Assembly (NCBI RefSeq): GCF_009914755.1
Contig: NC_060925.1
Strand: one strand, 5' to 3'
From: the human T2T-CHM13v2.0 reference genome, Homo sapiens
DNA: 64,000 nt
A program made the translations under genes and the position numbers. Shown here one piece after another: positions 1 through 13,485 of this stretch. The notes below the pieces were generated by a model. That model ran no database searches. It had not been told where the DNA came from and saw nothing but the letters and a program-made list of their open reading frames with translations. Within the stretch, counting starts at the first letter, position 1. Every line of letters begins with the position of its first letter.

Positions 1-197
<197 letters not shown>

Positions 198-589
198 CTG
201 TTTAGCTTTAAGTGCTAGGACACAAAATGTGAAGTCACTGTGGTCTTTAAAAATCTCAATTAACCAGAACATTCAAATTGCTGGGTGTATTCAACACTCC
301 ACTTCTGGGATAAAGAGTTAAGTGACAAGGGCAGAGCTGGCCATGGGAATCATTATGGGGCTCCCAGTGCCTAGGCAAGTCAGGTTGAGTGAGCCTCCAC
401 TCCACCCATCACATAACACACACACACACCAATACAACATTCTACAACAAAAAGTTAGCAAAAGAGTGTTCAGCAATGACAGTCTAAAATGGAAAAGTCA
501 GAGAGATGAAGTCTCAAAGGGACATTCTGTATTCTGGAGATTATGTGTAGAGAGATACAGAAGAAAGTCATTTGGCAACAAGTTTCAAC

Positions 590-925
590 AAGCTTCTGTT
601 ATATGGGTCACCCTTACAGGGTCATAAGCATCCCTTGGGGGATTGTTAAAAATAATGTTTAGGACCGTGTCCTAGTCCTACTAAATCCAAATCTCCAGAA
701 AACCCAGGGAAAATGATTTATTTAAAGGGCCACAGGTATCTTGGACACACCCCAGAGCTACTGAATCACAGTCTCTAGAGCTTGGGCCAGGAATCGGAAT
801 GCAAAAGAAGCTCCACAGGTACTTCTGATACAAACCCCCGGCTTAGATCTCTGGGGGTGGTTCCTGGCAATCTGCATCTTTAGTCCATCCTCTAGGTGTG
901 TCTTACAGACACCCCAGTTTGAGAG
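590..925. mobile_element. Degenerate MER5-family (hAT-Charlie) sequence with repeated internal core
   Basis: MER5A-like motif cccagagctactgaatcacagtctct...gggccaggaatc appears about three times. Terminal ccagtttgaga. Confidence 0.5.
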
Positions 926-1350
926 ACATGGCATCAACTATTGTTCTGAGTTTTATCAGAGCAGAGGTAGCCAAATCTTCTAGACCTTATAGATCAGCTC
1001 CGATGCACAAGATTGGCATGAAAACAGCTTACATTAAAGTTTACTTAAAAATTACACATTTCCTATTAATTTTAATCTTCACAGTCTTATGAGGCTGCTG
1101 TAGCTGGAATTATAAGTGAAGAAAATGAGGTTCAGAAAGGATAAGTAACTTCTCCAGGGTATTTTCTGAGCACTCTGAGCAGGTGGCAGAGTTTGGGCTC
1201 AAATCACATCTTTTTGACTCAAGCCCTGAGCTCCATTCCTGCACTTATGATGTGGTGCACAGTGCCTAGATAGCACTTTCACACATAGAATCTTCCTTGT
1301 GCTATAGAAGAGCCCTGTAGGCAAAGTTACTTATCCTTTCTGAAAAATCA

Positions 1351-1589
1351 CAATCTCGGCTCACTGCGACCTCAACCTCCCAGGTTCAACCAATCCTCGT
1401 GCATCAGCCTCCCAAGTAGCTTGGACTACAGACACACACCAGCATGCCCAGCTAATTTTTGTATTTTTTTGTAGAGAACACGATCTCACTTTGTTGCCTA
1501 GACTGGTCTCAAACTCGTGGGCTCAAGCAATCCTCCGCTCTGCCTTCCAAAGTGCTGGGATTATAGGTGTGAGTTACCTCATTCAGGCC
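1351..1589 (-). mobile_element. AluJ-like, lacking 3' end
   Basis: caatctcggctcactgc...ccaaagtgctgggattataggtgtgag is the Alu reverse complement. Confidence 0.9.
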
Positions 1590-4001
1590 CTCCTGCCTTC
1601 CTTTTATTATATGGTAGGGTGGGATGGGCAGGAATTTGTTGTCTTTTGGGGGCTTCTGATGTCCAAATGTCTTATTAATTAGCCCTACCAACAGACACAA
1701 CTCAGACCAGAGCTAACCCTGTCAATTTAGACATCACTTCCTCTAGGAAGCCTTTGCTATATCCCTCCAGTAAAGGTCACATGACCTCCTCTGCACACTC
1801 AGTCTCCCTGTCTTTGTCCATATCACATAGCACTATCTGTTCCATGAGGCCAGGTATTGTCCATATGTACAATAGGAACATAACTCTTAATCAAATATTC
1901 GTGGAGTTGATGAACAAGTGCAGTTAGAATCAGTGGATAAATCCTTCTAATATTCAAAGCAATGAAGGCAGCTCACTTTTCTCCTATGCCTATTCTAAAA
2001 TCAAATTATTCTTTTATTCATATTGTCTGTTTTAACTAGATTTTATGTGCATAAGTGTATTGTAAAGTGGGAAGGAAGACCACTAGAGGCAAGTACTTCC
2101 TTCTCCATTTGATGATGAGGAATCTGAAGGTAAGAGGCAGCAAGTAACTTTTCTAAGGTCACACAGCCTATCAGGTATAGAGCTGGGTTTTGCATTCAGG
2201 TCAGTTGAACATTGAACCCTGAGGACAGGCAGCTGGTAAGTATCACAGCTGAGATTAAAACGCAAGCCATCTAATTCCCATCCTCATCTTTCTTCTGCTT
2301 GCTTCCTGCCTAAAAAACAGGATAACAAAGGAGGGTTGTTTCTGTTTGTAATTTCAAAGTTAGTACTCAATATATCACAAGGGTCTCTTAAATCATACAG
2401 TGTTCATTACCTGCATATTCCTTGTGAGAGTTAAGCTTTGGTCTTCCTCATTTTACCAGATGGGAAACCAAGGCCAGGAAGTTTCAGCATTCTCACCAGC
2501 TCTTCAGAAAGCTCATGTATCTTGGAAGCAGAATGCAGGATGGTGCTGGAGGGGCTGAGAGTAGGTAGGAAATTAAGGGACTCTGTTAGGAGCAGTGGAG
2601 TAAAGACCTTTAACTTGAAACCATTTAAAAAATACTTTCATACCATATATTTGTGAGCCCAGGTAATTTCTGAATTTCTGATCCAAATCTTTTCCTCCAA
2701 AATGCCTGCTAAGAAACTCTAGAGGTGGGGGGTGAAGCGGGGAGGGAGAAGGAAGAAAAAAAAAAAGAAAGTACAATGATTCCATTCAGAAACTTGGTCC
2801 AAATCCTTGTCTCTTTCTTCTATCAGAAATCCTCTGTTGTCAGTCCCTGGCATCACCTAGAGATTTCCTTACCAGCAGCATTCTTATGTTTTTACTAAAA
2901 CTTCTCCTAGAAGAGCATGTTTTGCTTTTAGGAGCCAGACTTAAGAAAGTGCATCAGCTTAAAAATGCATTTGCTTGTAATTTTTGTCCATGCTGCCATC
3001 TGACAGGATTTGAGGATGCTTCCATTTCTGCCAGGATAATAGCTTTGTTATCTGCTGAGATCTGCAATAGCTCGACAGCACAGGAAATCTGTGTCTCAGC
3101 CCCCTGCTCCAAGTTTAGCTCATCCATTACCTAAAATTGGGTTTACACAAGGAAAATTACTTTAGTGCTAATCCAGTTGACTTGTAAAGTAAATTTAGCT
3201 TCCTCGGGTTCCTAGTCCCATAATCTAAACTGATTTCAACAACAGCTTTAGGAGTCCTCCCACACTTCTTAAGAACCCTCAGGAGCATGGGTCCCCAGCA
3301 AGCTGACCACAGCTACTAGTCATCTTCAAGCCAGTGATGTTTGCTGCCTTGGTACATTGTCCGTGGCTCCACAATTACACACTGCAGGGTAGGGCTGGGA
3401 GTAGTGGGAGAAGATAGCCTTGGGCTATTCATTTCACATTTCTGTGTCTCCGTCTGTAAAATCCTGGTAACAAATGAGGTGCCACATAGAGGGAAAAAGT
3501 GGAATTAAATGTTTTGAACCCAACTCACAGAAAATCTGTGGAGTAAAAAGCTGATTACAAGTAACAAAATCTTCCTTTTTTTCTCCCTTGTTCCTAAGTG
3601 TTAGACCTGGGTTCACTTGCCACAACTTATAAACCAATCAAATGTGATGATGTTTAAGACTTGCTTACAGTGGTTTCCCCAAAGCTAATCAATGAAAAGT
3701 CCTTACATTCCACAAACTAGTCAGCTTTGCAGCAACAGCCTCACCTTCTTGGGGAGGCACATGATGTGAGTCACACAATTTTCATGCCAGCCCAGAGCGT
3801 TGGGTGCCATTACAAAGCCATGGGTGTCTTACATGAATGGGAGCCTCGCGGGGGGTTGAAGAGGCTGATCTGATCTGTGGTTCCTCAATTCAGAGGACAT
3901 GAGCTTTTGAAAATAGGCCTTTCTAGGTGGATTGGCCTGCATGTCATAGTTTACACATACTGAGAGCTGATCATATATCAATAATTGTTCTAAGTTCCAT
4001 T

Positions 4002-4064
4002 GTGGGTGAGTGCTATTGTGATGTGCTATTGTGTGTGTACTATTGGGTAAGTGCTATTGTGATG
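4002..4064. repeat. Short degenerate tandem repeat (gtgctattgtg)x4
   Basis: tgggtgagtgctattgtgatgtgctattgtgtgtgtactattgggtaagtgctattgtgatgt. Confidence 0.75.
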
Positions 4065-6649
4065 TTTATCAGATCCTCATCATAACCACATGAAGCAGTA
4101 AAGGTATTATCTCCAACTGGGGCACAGAAAAAAAAAAGTTAACTTGTCCAAGTCACATAGCTAGTAAGTGGCAGGCCTAGAATTCCAACCCAGGCATTCT
4201 ATCATGATTACTAGTGGCCACGAATCAGATGATTGTAGTAACTTGTCCTGGACTTGGGAGATCTGTATGCTGACTCATAGAGCCCTAACAGTGTCTTAAT
4301 TGATACGCCCAGTGGTTTCTTCTCAGTCACCAGTGAACTTTGTAGAATAGGATGCAGCTGGTTACCCTTTCATAGCATCTTTCACCCTTTTTTCCCACCT
4401 CTTTGAGACTCTTTTTAGTGTGCTTTGTTGACTTCTCTTCCTCTTTCAACCTCATATTTGTGGATTCCCCCACAAGTTTCTGTCCCTGCCCTTCCTCCTT
4501 CCCTCACCATCTAATCTCACCTGCATACCCAGTGTGCTCATCAATTCTTATAGGTTCAACTGGCAGTTCTATAAGGATGACTGAAATTTATCAGCCAACC
4601 CTGACTCTTTTCCCGAATGCAAGACCTGCATTTCCAGCCTCCCATTGGACATTTCCCTATGGACAGCCTGCCAGCATTCCCTATTTCACCTCTCCACATT
4701 GCCGCACTAATTTGCACAGTAGCCAGTACATAATAAGCATGTGATAAATTGGTAATAGATGAAAGAATGCATAATTTAATGAAACAGTTGCCACCTTCCA
4801 TAGATTTAATCTTCCAGACTGCTCTTACCTAAGCTACTTTCTTCCGTTTTTCTGAATCCCCTCACTTAACCCTGCTCTCAGGTGCCCCTCAACCTGCATC
4901 TTTTGTTTCTCTTTGTTCTGGTGCCTGTTTTCTTCTCTTCTACACTCTTTTATAGTTATTTCTGTAAATGTCTTTTCTATTCAAGAATGTGCATACATTA
5001 AGGGAAGAGATTGTATTTTCTTCATTGGTTTTCACTAAATAGCCTAACACCGTGCATTTCACAAAGAGGCACACCATATCTATGGAAAGAGTGAATCAGT
5101 GAAAGTAGACATAGCACTCTGCAGTTTACAAAGGGCTTCACAGGTACCATCCCTATATTCTGCAGTAGGCCGAAGAGATAGCCGTTGAGTCATTAGCCCC
5201 ATTGTACAGATGAGGAAGCTGCAAGTTAGTGTGGTCGTTAATGGTCCAGAATCTCACTGCTCTTAAGTTTCCAAGCCATTCTTATGATTTTAAACTGGAA
5301 GGCAGATCATCCCCTCATCATGACTTTCTCCCCCATGTACTCGGGAAAAATGAGGGAGAGAGACAAGAGAACTTTGGGGTGAAAACTCACATTGGGAACA
5401 ATTACAAGTGTGTCTGATTTGGTAGCTTGGATGTTACAACCACTCATCAATTTTCATGTGGCTTCAAAGACCCTCATTTGAAGCTCCTAAGAGCAGCTCA
5501 CTTCAGAAGAGACCCAGGTACCAATTTATTCTGGAGAGTTCCAGTGTTTCGTCCTAAAAAAAAAAAAAAGAAAGAAAGAAAAAAGAAAGCATAAAGTTTA
5601 AACAGATCCAAGGATTTTTCTTTTGGAATCTGACAGATCTGGGTTGGAGGCCCAACTTTAACATTTAACAATCGCCTCCCTGCCCCCATTTATAAAATGA
5701 AGATAAAAACACTCTTACTCGTGGTGATATATGTGGATTAAAAGGATAAATTTTAAAGTGCTTGGCATGACTCCTGGCATGGGAACTCAGTCCATTTTCT
5801 CCCTCTGCCCCTGAATTGTGCCTCTGCCTTTAACTCCTTCTATATGTGGGACCATGACCGGTGAACTTGGGGCCAAGATGAGCCTCACCTACCAGGGGTA
5901 GAGAGTAGAAAGCCCAAGCTGATGACTGAAGCTGGAAGTGTCAGCTTCTTGCACAATTGCTGCCCTCTTAGAGCTGCTTGAGGCCATCTCAACGTGCAAC
6001 ATGACTGACATGCAGTTAGGTCATTGAAATCACACCATCGGAATTCTTCAGCTTAATATGTCGCTTCTTAGAAAGTTAATGCCCTTTTGATACTATCAGT
6101 ATGAAATGTTGAGAAGCAAAAGCTCAAAGGCTTAATTTTAGAAGAGAGAGAGCAGTTTCTAAAGGAGTGACTGATGGGAGAGAGACTCAGTAGTTGACTA
6201 TGCAAAGGTGCCCAGGGCAGGTGTGAACAACAAAGCTGGCTTCCTGATACAGGTAGTACTGAAAGAACCCCGGCTCCACAGCCCTGCAGCACCTTTAAAG
6301 AAAGGGTGAGGGAGACATGCTTAAGCATTTTTTTTTCTGCTCCACAACAGGGCCCAGGGTATTGACAGTGCTGACAGAACAACTGAGAAGTTGTTTAGGT
6401 TGGCATTAACAAACCCGGCACATTGCCTTTTCTGATTGACACAATTCAAACGGGTATCAACTGCCTTTCAGTACCACTGAGAAGTGGTGAACGATGAGGG
6501 AATCATAGGGCCATCCAAGTGCATTCCTAGCAGGGACCATGAATCAGCCTTATCTTGTCCCACCTCCTCTTTACACAGGGAGGTAAGCCAAGGCTCAGGA
6601 CATCATCAGATATGTGATAAATCCTCCATTAACTGGAATAGTCAGTTAA

Positions 6650-6901
<252 letters not shown>

Positions 6902-6984
6902 TGAAGTGATTTTAAGTAATATGTACAGTTTCACATCTGGTACCTTGCTCCACCATTTACTAACTAGGTGACCCTGGACACATT

Positions 6985-7262
6985 TCTTTATTTTTATTTT
7001 TATAACTTGCTCTGTTGCCCAGGATGGAGTGCAGTGGTGCAATCATAGCTCACTGCAGCCTTGAACTCCTGAGCTCAAGGGATCCTCTTGCCTCAGCCTC
7101 CCGAAGAGCTGGGGCTACAGGCACATGCCACCATGCCTGGCTAATTTTTAATTTTTATTTATTTATTTATTTATTTTGTAGAGACAGGTCTTGTCTTATT
7201 GCCCAGGCTGGTCTTGAACTGCTGGCTTTAAGCAATTCTCCCACCCTAGCCTCCCAAAGTGC
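6985..7262 (-). mobile_element. AluJ
   Basis: gctctgttgcccaggatggagtgcagtgg...gcctcccaaagtgc, with (TTTA)n linker. Confidence 0.9.
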
Positions 7263-7362
7263 ATTTCTTAAATTCTTATATATGCCTCAGTTTACTCGTC
7301 TGTATAAGAGGGTAAATAGAACTTACCTCTTATGGTTGTAACGATAAATAAATAAGATAAAG

Positions 7363-7392
7363 TATATATATGTGTATATATGTATATATATA
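7363..7392. repeat. (TA)n/(TATG) microsatellite
   Basis: tatatatatgtgtatatatgtatatatata. Confidence 0.8.
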
Positions 7393-9687
7393 TCACTTAA
7401 AAAGAATAAGCACTCAATATATATTTATTTTATTAATACTGCTATTATCATCTGCTTTTGCTCTATCTCTATTCCTGCCTGATGCACCTGAAGGTTGAGC
7501 GGCATTGTAAACAGAGGGTGGCAGCATGAGCTTAGGCATTGTGTGGAACTGGATGTGAACTTGGGGAAATTGCTTCATTCTCTAAACCTCAGTTTCCTCA
7601 TCTATTAAATGGGAGGAGTAATACCTGCCTCTACATGATTCTTGTATGGAACAAATAAGATCATATTTATAAAGTGCTTAATACACACCTGCCAATAAAT
7701 GGTCAACATGATTATGGTTAGAATAAGGATTCTAAAAGCATTATAAAGTGCCGGATCATGAAAGATCGTAGCTCTTCATTGATTCAGTATTTATCTCTTG
7801 AGTACTTGCTTTATGCCAGATACAGAGTTTGGCACTGGGGACCCAGATTTACAATGTGTTGAAACAAATGGAAGTTTCTCGTGAACTCTTGGTCACTAAT
7901 GAGATGAGACCATCCCGTTCCACCGCACTTTCAAGTTAATCCATGCTCTTCTATAGAATCCTTACATTCCAGCTGTGGGATGGCTGTGTCTCATATCTCC
8001 TCAGATCAAAAAGCATTTCTGCGAACAGTGATATTGAACATTAAACTGGCTGCATCAAACTTGAAAGGATGGGGCGGTGATTTTGTGTCACAATATTTTT
8101 AACATTATGCCTGGCGAATGTGCACATGTTAGATATAAAGGAGGTTTCCAAAGGGGAAGCTTTACTACTTGGACTTTTAAATTGCCAGGCTGCATTCTTG
8201 GGAAAGCCACATAAAAGAATACCCCTTTTTAAATGAGTATTACCTCAAAAAGTATAGCTCTTTTACGAAAGGAATATGTTGTTCTGAAGCCTTGTCCTTG
8301 ATGATTTTACTGATATTGTGATGGTTATTTCAACTAACATAAGAAGGAATCTATTAGATAACAAACATTCACAGATTGCCTCTGCTTGCTGGGAATTACA
8401 TCCAGCAGCTTGAAGAGCTGGGTATATTGAAAGGAAAAGGGTGTTTTAAATGTATAATCTACTCTTCCCTTTGGCACCAATCCGTGTAGTGAGACAACAC
8501 TTGGCTGGGACTCGGGATCTGGCCCTGGCTTCCATTCTGCCATGACTTTGAGAGGAAACTCAAGTTCCGCCTTCTCCAGGAAGTTATCCCTGACCACCCC
8601 AGCCTACGGTGGATTTTCCTGCACTGAATGTGTTACACTTAGATTCCATGGTATATGATTTAACACATGGCCTCTCATATGAAATAACATATGAAATGTT
8701 ATTTCAACATTTTATATCTTGTCTCTCCAGAAACGTTACATGCTCCTTGAGGGAAGAAATCAAGTCTAACCTGCCTTTTGAACCCTCTATGTAGTGCTAT
8801 AAAATAAATATGTCCTCAACCAAGTCCTGATTGACTAAGAAAACCAGTGATTGGTCAATGATGTTACTTTGTCTCCTGCTAAACATTTTTGGGGCAGGGG
8901 ATAGAGGGGTGTGGGAGAATGGGAGTTCAACTCAGAGGAAACTTAGTAAAGAGGAAAAGACATAACAGACCTGGTATTGAGTCCCCATCTGGCCAATTAA
9001 TCACCAAGTTATCAAATAAAGCCTATTTGATCTCTTCGACCTCATTTTCCTCATCTTTGAAATATCTGCCTCTTAGCATGATTTTGAGGATCAAATAGAG
9101 ATAATATATGGAAAATTCTTTGTATGCAGGAGCCCACTTTGTAATGTTATTCATTGCTTCAATTTTCAATTTGGCTTGGGTTAAGAAAAAAAGTATTTTT
9201 TTTTCTCTCAAACCAGTGAGCGGGGGAAGAATGATAAAAATCACATTTTCTGAAATTACTCTAGCTTATGTAAGAAGTTTGATCTGCCAGTATTTGCCTT
9301 TTTCTCAAATCACCTGCTGCATGCCACACACCTGATTTGTCTGTTGTGTTCATGTAGGATTTTGTAGCTCACAAAAGCATTTTCACATGCATTATCATAC
9401 AAAAACCCTGTGATACAGGCACTGTGGAAGTAAGTATTCCCATTTCATTGATGAGTAAACTGAGACTCACAGAGGCTTTAAAAATGCCCCAACATCACCC
9501 TATCAGGCTGACAGTGCCTGCCTTCCTCCAGCCTTGTCCTCTTTCCACAACACCACACTGGTTCTCCTGTACAAATATTAGGCAGCTCCCACAAGACATT
9601 CTCAGTCACAAACATGATCACCATCTACTTCCTAGTCAAGGAGATCAGTTCACTAGCATTTTGTCTTCATACAAATAATTAAAACAG

Positions 9688-9988
9688 GGACTGGGTACCT
9701 TGGCCCATGCCTGTAATCCCAACACTTTGGGAGTTCAAGGCGGGGAGATCACTTGAGCCCAGGGATTTGAGACCAGCCTGGGCAACATGGTGAAACCTTT
9801 TCTCTACAGAAAAAACACACAAAAATTGCTGGGTTTAGTGGTGGCACTTATGGTCCCAGCTACCCGGGAGGCTAAGGTGGGAGGATCACCCAAGCCCAGT
9901 AGGTCAAGGTTGCAGTGAGCTGTGATTGTGCCACAGCACTCCTGCCTGGGTGACAGCATGAGACCCTGTCTCAAAATAATAATAATAA
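9688..9988 (+). mobile_element. AluJ
   Basis: Full dimer with gatcacttgagccca (J-type), (AAT)n tail, approximate TSD aataattaaa(a)ca. Confidence 0.9.
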
Positions 9989-10116
9989 TTAAAACATTCA
10001 AGCAAGATCCCATTCAGTTTATAAGTCATTAATAATTCATAATAAATGTAAACATTGTAAGCCTGGCCTTTCTGTATTTAGCAGTATAGCAAAATGGTTA
10101 AGAATTAGATGGACCT

Positions 10117-10417
10117 GGCCGGGTGCTGTGGCTCACGCCTGTAATCCCAGCACTTTGGGAGGCCGAGGCAGGCAGATCATGAGGTCAGGAGTTCAAGACC
10201 AGCCTGGCCAACACGGTGAAACCCCATCTCTACTAAAAATACAAAAATTAGCTGGGCATGGTGGTGCATGCCTGTAATCCCAGCTACTCCGGAGGCTGAG
10301 TCAGGAGAATTGCTTGAACTGGGACTCGGGAGGCAGAGGTAGCAGTGAGCCAAGATTGCGCCACTGCACTCCAGCCTGAGCTACAGAGCGAGACTCCATC
10401 TCAAAAAAAAAAAAAAA
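10117..10417 (+). mobile_element. AluS (Sg-type, 7-nt insertion in right arm)
   Basis: 17-bp TSD aagaattagatggacct at 10100-10116 and 10418-10434. Right arm reads gaactgggactcgggagg. Confidence 0.93.
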
Positions 10418-11116
10418 AAGAATTAGATGGACCTGATCCTAATGCTCGTTCTGATGCTCAGATCAAGGGGAAAATGAGGAGGCTTTTTAGGCCTCGGTAA
10501 ATCAGAGTTAACAACACCCAGTTAACAAGCCCAGTGTCACAGTGAGAGTGAAATGAGATAATGCATATATAGCACTTTCTCCTCCATGTGACTCATAGAT
10601 AAAAGCTGTTGATATTTCAACTGTTCTGGGCTATGTAAATTTTAAAAGATTTCATGTCTAGGTGACACGTGAAAGTCCAGCACGTGGACCATAAATGTTG
10701 TCATGGTTTGACAGTATTAATGAAACACTTCATCGTGTGTCAGCCAGCCTCACCTTGACAGGTCATCTCTGGCTGGCATAACCCAAGGGCCAATGTGAAA
10801 AGGACATTTCACTGAGGACATGATGGGGTTGCCTTGTTTTTCTTGCTTCTTAAAGAGCCATTTCAATTAATTTTTTTCACACATATTCCTGACCCCTTGG
10901 CCTCCCAGTAGAATGCTATACGTGCACAACAGGAATTTTGGCGTTTATTGTTTATCCTCTGGGGGAATGTGGTCCCCCTTTTACTGCCTTTTTCAGCCCA
11001 CTCCCCCCAGTTGAATTTTTCTGAGAGGCAGTGGAAGGGAAAGTATATACCCCCATAGTTGTATTTTTTTATCCTTATTCACGATTCTCAACAGCTTTTT
11101 AAAAGTGATGGCTGGC

Positions 11117-11440
<324 letters not shown>

Positions 11441-12091
11441 CTATAATCTGAGCTGACCTATATCCATGGCACATGTGTTAAAGGTGGAACCATAGTAGGT
11501 CAGGACAGCCATGTAAGGTGTAGGTGATAATATCCTGACTTTGGAAATGAAGAAATGGATGCTTAAATGGCTAAGTAATTATTTAAGGCCACATGGGTAA
11601 GAAAGGGCAGAGCTAGGATTTGAACTCTGGTTTATTTGATTCCAAAGCCCTTGCTCTTGGATACTGTGACTTAGAGTTTTTCAAATGCCACTTTCTTAAA
11701 AAGGGGTCTTCTAGAAATAAAAACTTTTAAGAAAAGGCGAACTTTCAATGGTGGAAATGTGTGTATTGTGGCAGTCCAGTCAGGAAATGGTGTGTTATTT
11801 TTGAGAAGCAAAACCTTTTGGTGGTTCTCGACTGTTCTCCAAAGACGCAATGTGCACTGGGCCTCCACGTAGGGAGCTCCCTTTGCTGAGTCTTTAAAGG
11901 AACCTACTGGCTGATGATGATTATTATTAATAAAGTCTAATATCCAGAGAGCAGGATTCTTTCCCATGAACAGGACCATGAAAGCCTGGAGTTGGGGGAG
12001 GCCTAGGGAGTCAACAATACAAAGGAGGCAGTAGGTTCATGGAGAGCGCTGTGTGGGGGCACAGTGAGGAATTGCTACGGGGAGCCTAAAG

Positions 12092-12400
12092 CAGCATTGT
12101 CCAGTGGAACCACATACGTCATCTTCAGTTTTTAAGAGCTACATTTTAAAAAGTAAAAATGAATGAAAGTAATTTTAATAATCTATTTTTAACCCAAAGA
12201 TCCAAAATATTTTCATTTTAATGTGTAATAAATATAAAAATATGAATGAGATATTTTACTCTTTTTTTTTTCTTTGGTACTAAGTCTTTGAAATCCAGAG
12301 TGTATTTTACACTTACCACACATCTCAGTTTGAGCCCACCACATTCAAATGCTCAAAAGCAGGCACGTGTGGCTAGTTGCTACCATACTGGACCATGTAG
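12092..12400. mobile_element. MER33-like hAT-Charlie MITE
   Basis: Termini cagcattgtccagt ... actggaccatgtag. Internal ggtactaagtctttgaaatcc. Degenerate 8-bp TSD gcctaaag/gtctaatg. Confidence 0.75.
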
Positions 12401-12539
12401 GTCTAATGGTAACAACGGCACTGCAGCCTCCTTGACCCAGCAACACTCACTCTCCTCCACCCCACTTCATTTTCCTGCATACACTTAACACCTGCCAGAC
12501 TATATATTTCCTTTATTTGTTTATAGTCTACCTCCCAGT

Positions 12540-13110
12540 ATTATTTAGGGTTCAGTCTAAGTTGGTGTAATAAATGGATGGATGGGTGGATGGATGGATG
12601 GAGAATGGCTTAATCAAGGTAGAAATGGATTTCCCTCCAGTCTAGAGGAGGCTCTCCATAGCTGGAAGGGTATCTCTGTTCCCAGTGTTCACATTAACAT
12701 CCAGCCTCAGTCTATCTTATCCCTCTGCCAGCCTCAACCTGTAGTGTTTACCTTGTTCTGGATGACTTCTTCAGCATTTCTCTTCATGGCCACACTCCAG
12801 TCAGGGAGATACCCCTTTTTTTTTTTTTTTGCTCAGCCCTATCTTCTTTCTTTTCTGCTTTCCCTTCCCTTCCTTCCTGTCTCCTCTCTTTCTTTCCCTG
12901 TCCCTCCCTTCCTTCCTTTCTTCCTTCCTCCCTCCCTCCTCCTCCCCTGCTTTCCTCCTTTCCTCCTTCCTTCCTTCCTTCCTTCCTTCCATCCTCCTGT
13001 TTCTTTATTTTGGTAAGGACCTGACCCAGAGGTGGTACACCTTGATCAGAAGGTAAACACCTCCTTGATCAGAACATAGTCACATGACCATATCTAGCTG
13101 TGGTCTCCAG
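12540..13110. mobile_element. Old MLT1-type LTR remnant interrupted by simple repeats
   Basis: Motifs tggcttaa, catggccacactccag and gaacatagtcacatgaccatatctagctg resemble MLT1J-type LTRs. Confidence 0.45.
12843..12997. repeat. Polypyrimidine (CCTT)n/(CT)-rich low-complexity tract
   Basis: About 150 nt almost entirely C/T, ending in (ccttc)n-type units. Confidence 0.9.
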
Positions 13111-13270
13111 CTGGTGGTCAGTTAATGTAAGGAGTTCTACTATTAAAATTGGGAGAGAAGAGCAGATCTTGATGGACAACTAGAAGTCTCCACCACTGTC
13201 CCTCCCCCGGAATGTAAACTGCCATGAGGGCAGGGATTTTGGGATGTTTTGTTCAATGTAGTAGACCCAG

Positions 13271-13485
13271 CAGTGGTGTACCAAGGGCTGGGCAGTGGGA
13301 ATATGCACCCTGGCGGGGAAGAGTATTTTAAACAACATTGTTTGAATTGCCGGTGCATAACGGTAATAAAAGTGGACTAACATAATTGGTCTCATTATTG
13401 TTTTTATATTATCCACAGAGTCTGCATCCAATATTGGCTGCACCAGAGCAGACTGCTCTGTTGCCCAGCCCTTGGTACACCACTG
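13271..13485. mobile_element. hAT-Tip100 MITE (MER97-like), internally deleted, inserted in an L2 3' end
   Basis: Perfect 24-bp terminal inverted repeat cagtggtgtaccaagggctgggca (13271-13294) / tgcccagcccttggtacaccactg (13462-13485). L2-like sequence on both sides. Confidence 0.75.

Noticed and set aside
2078-2093. ccactagaggca CTCF-like motif
   Set aside because: Core is one base short of the consensus spacing and cannot be supported without ChIP data.
4002-4064. Short direct repeats with spacers (CRISPR-like appearance)
   Set aside because: 11-nt degenerate slippage repeats in a vertebrate intron, with no constant spacer length or cas genes.
12582-13056. Hydrophobic and Arg/Glu-rich ORFs (also 19063-19395)
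   Set aside because: Products of polypyrimidine and microsatellite tracts.
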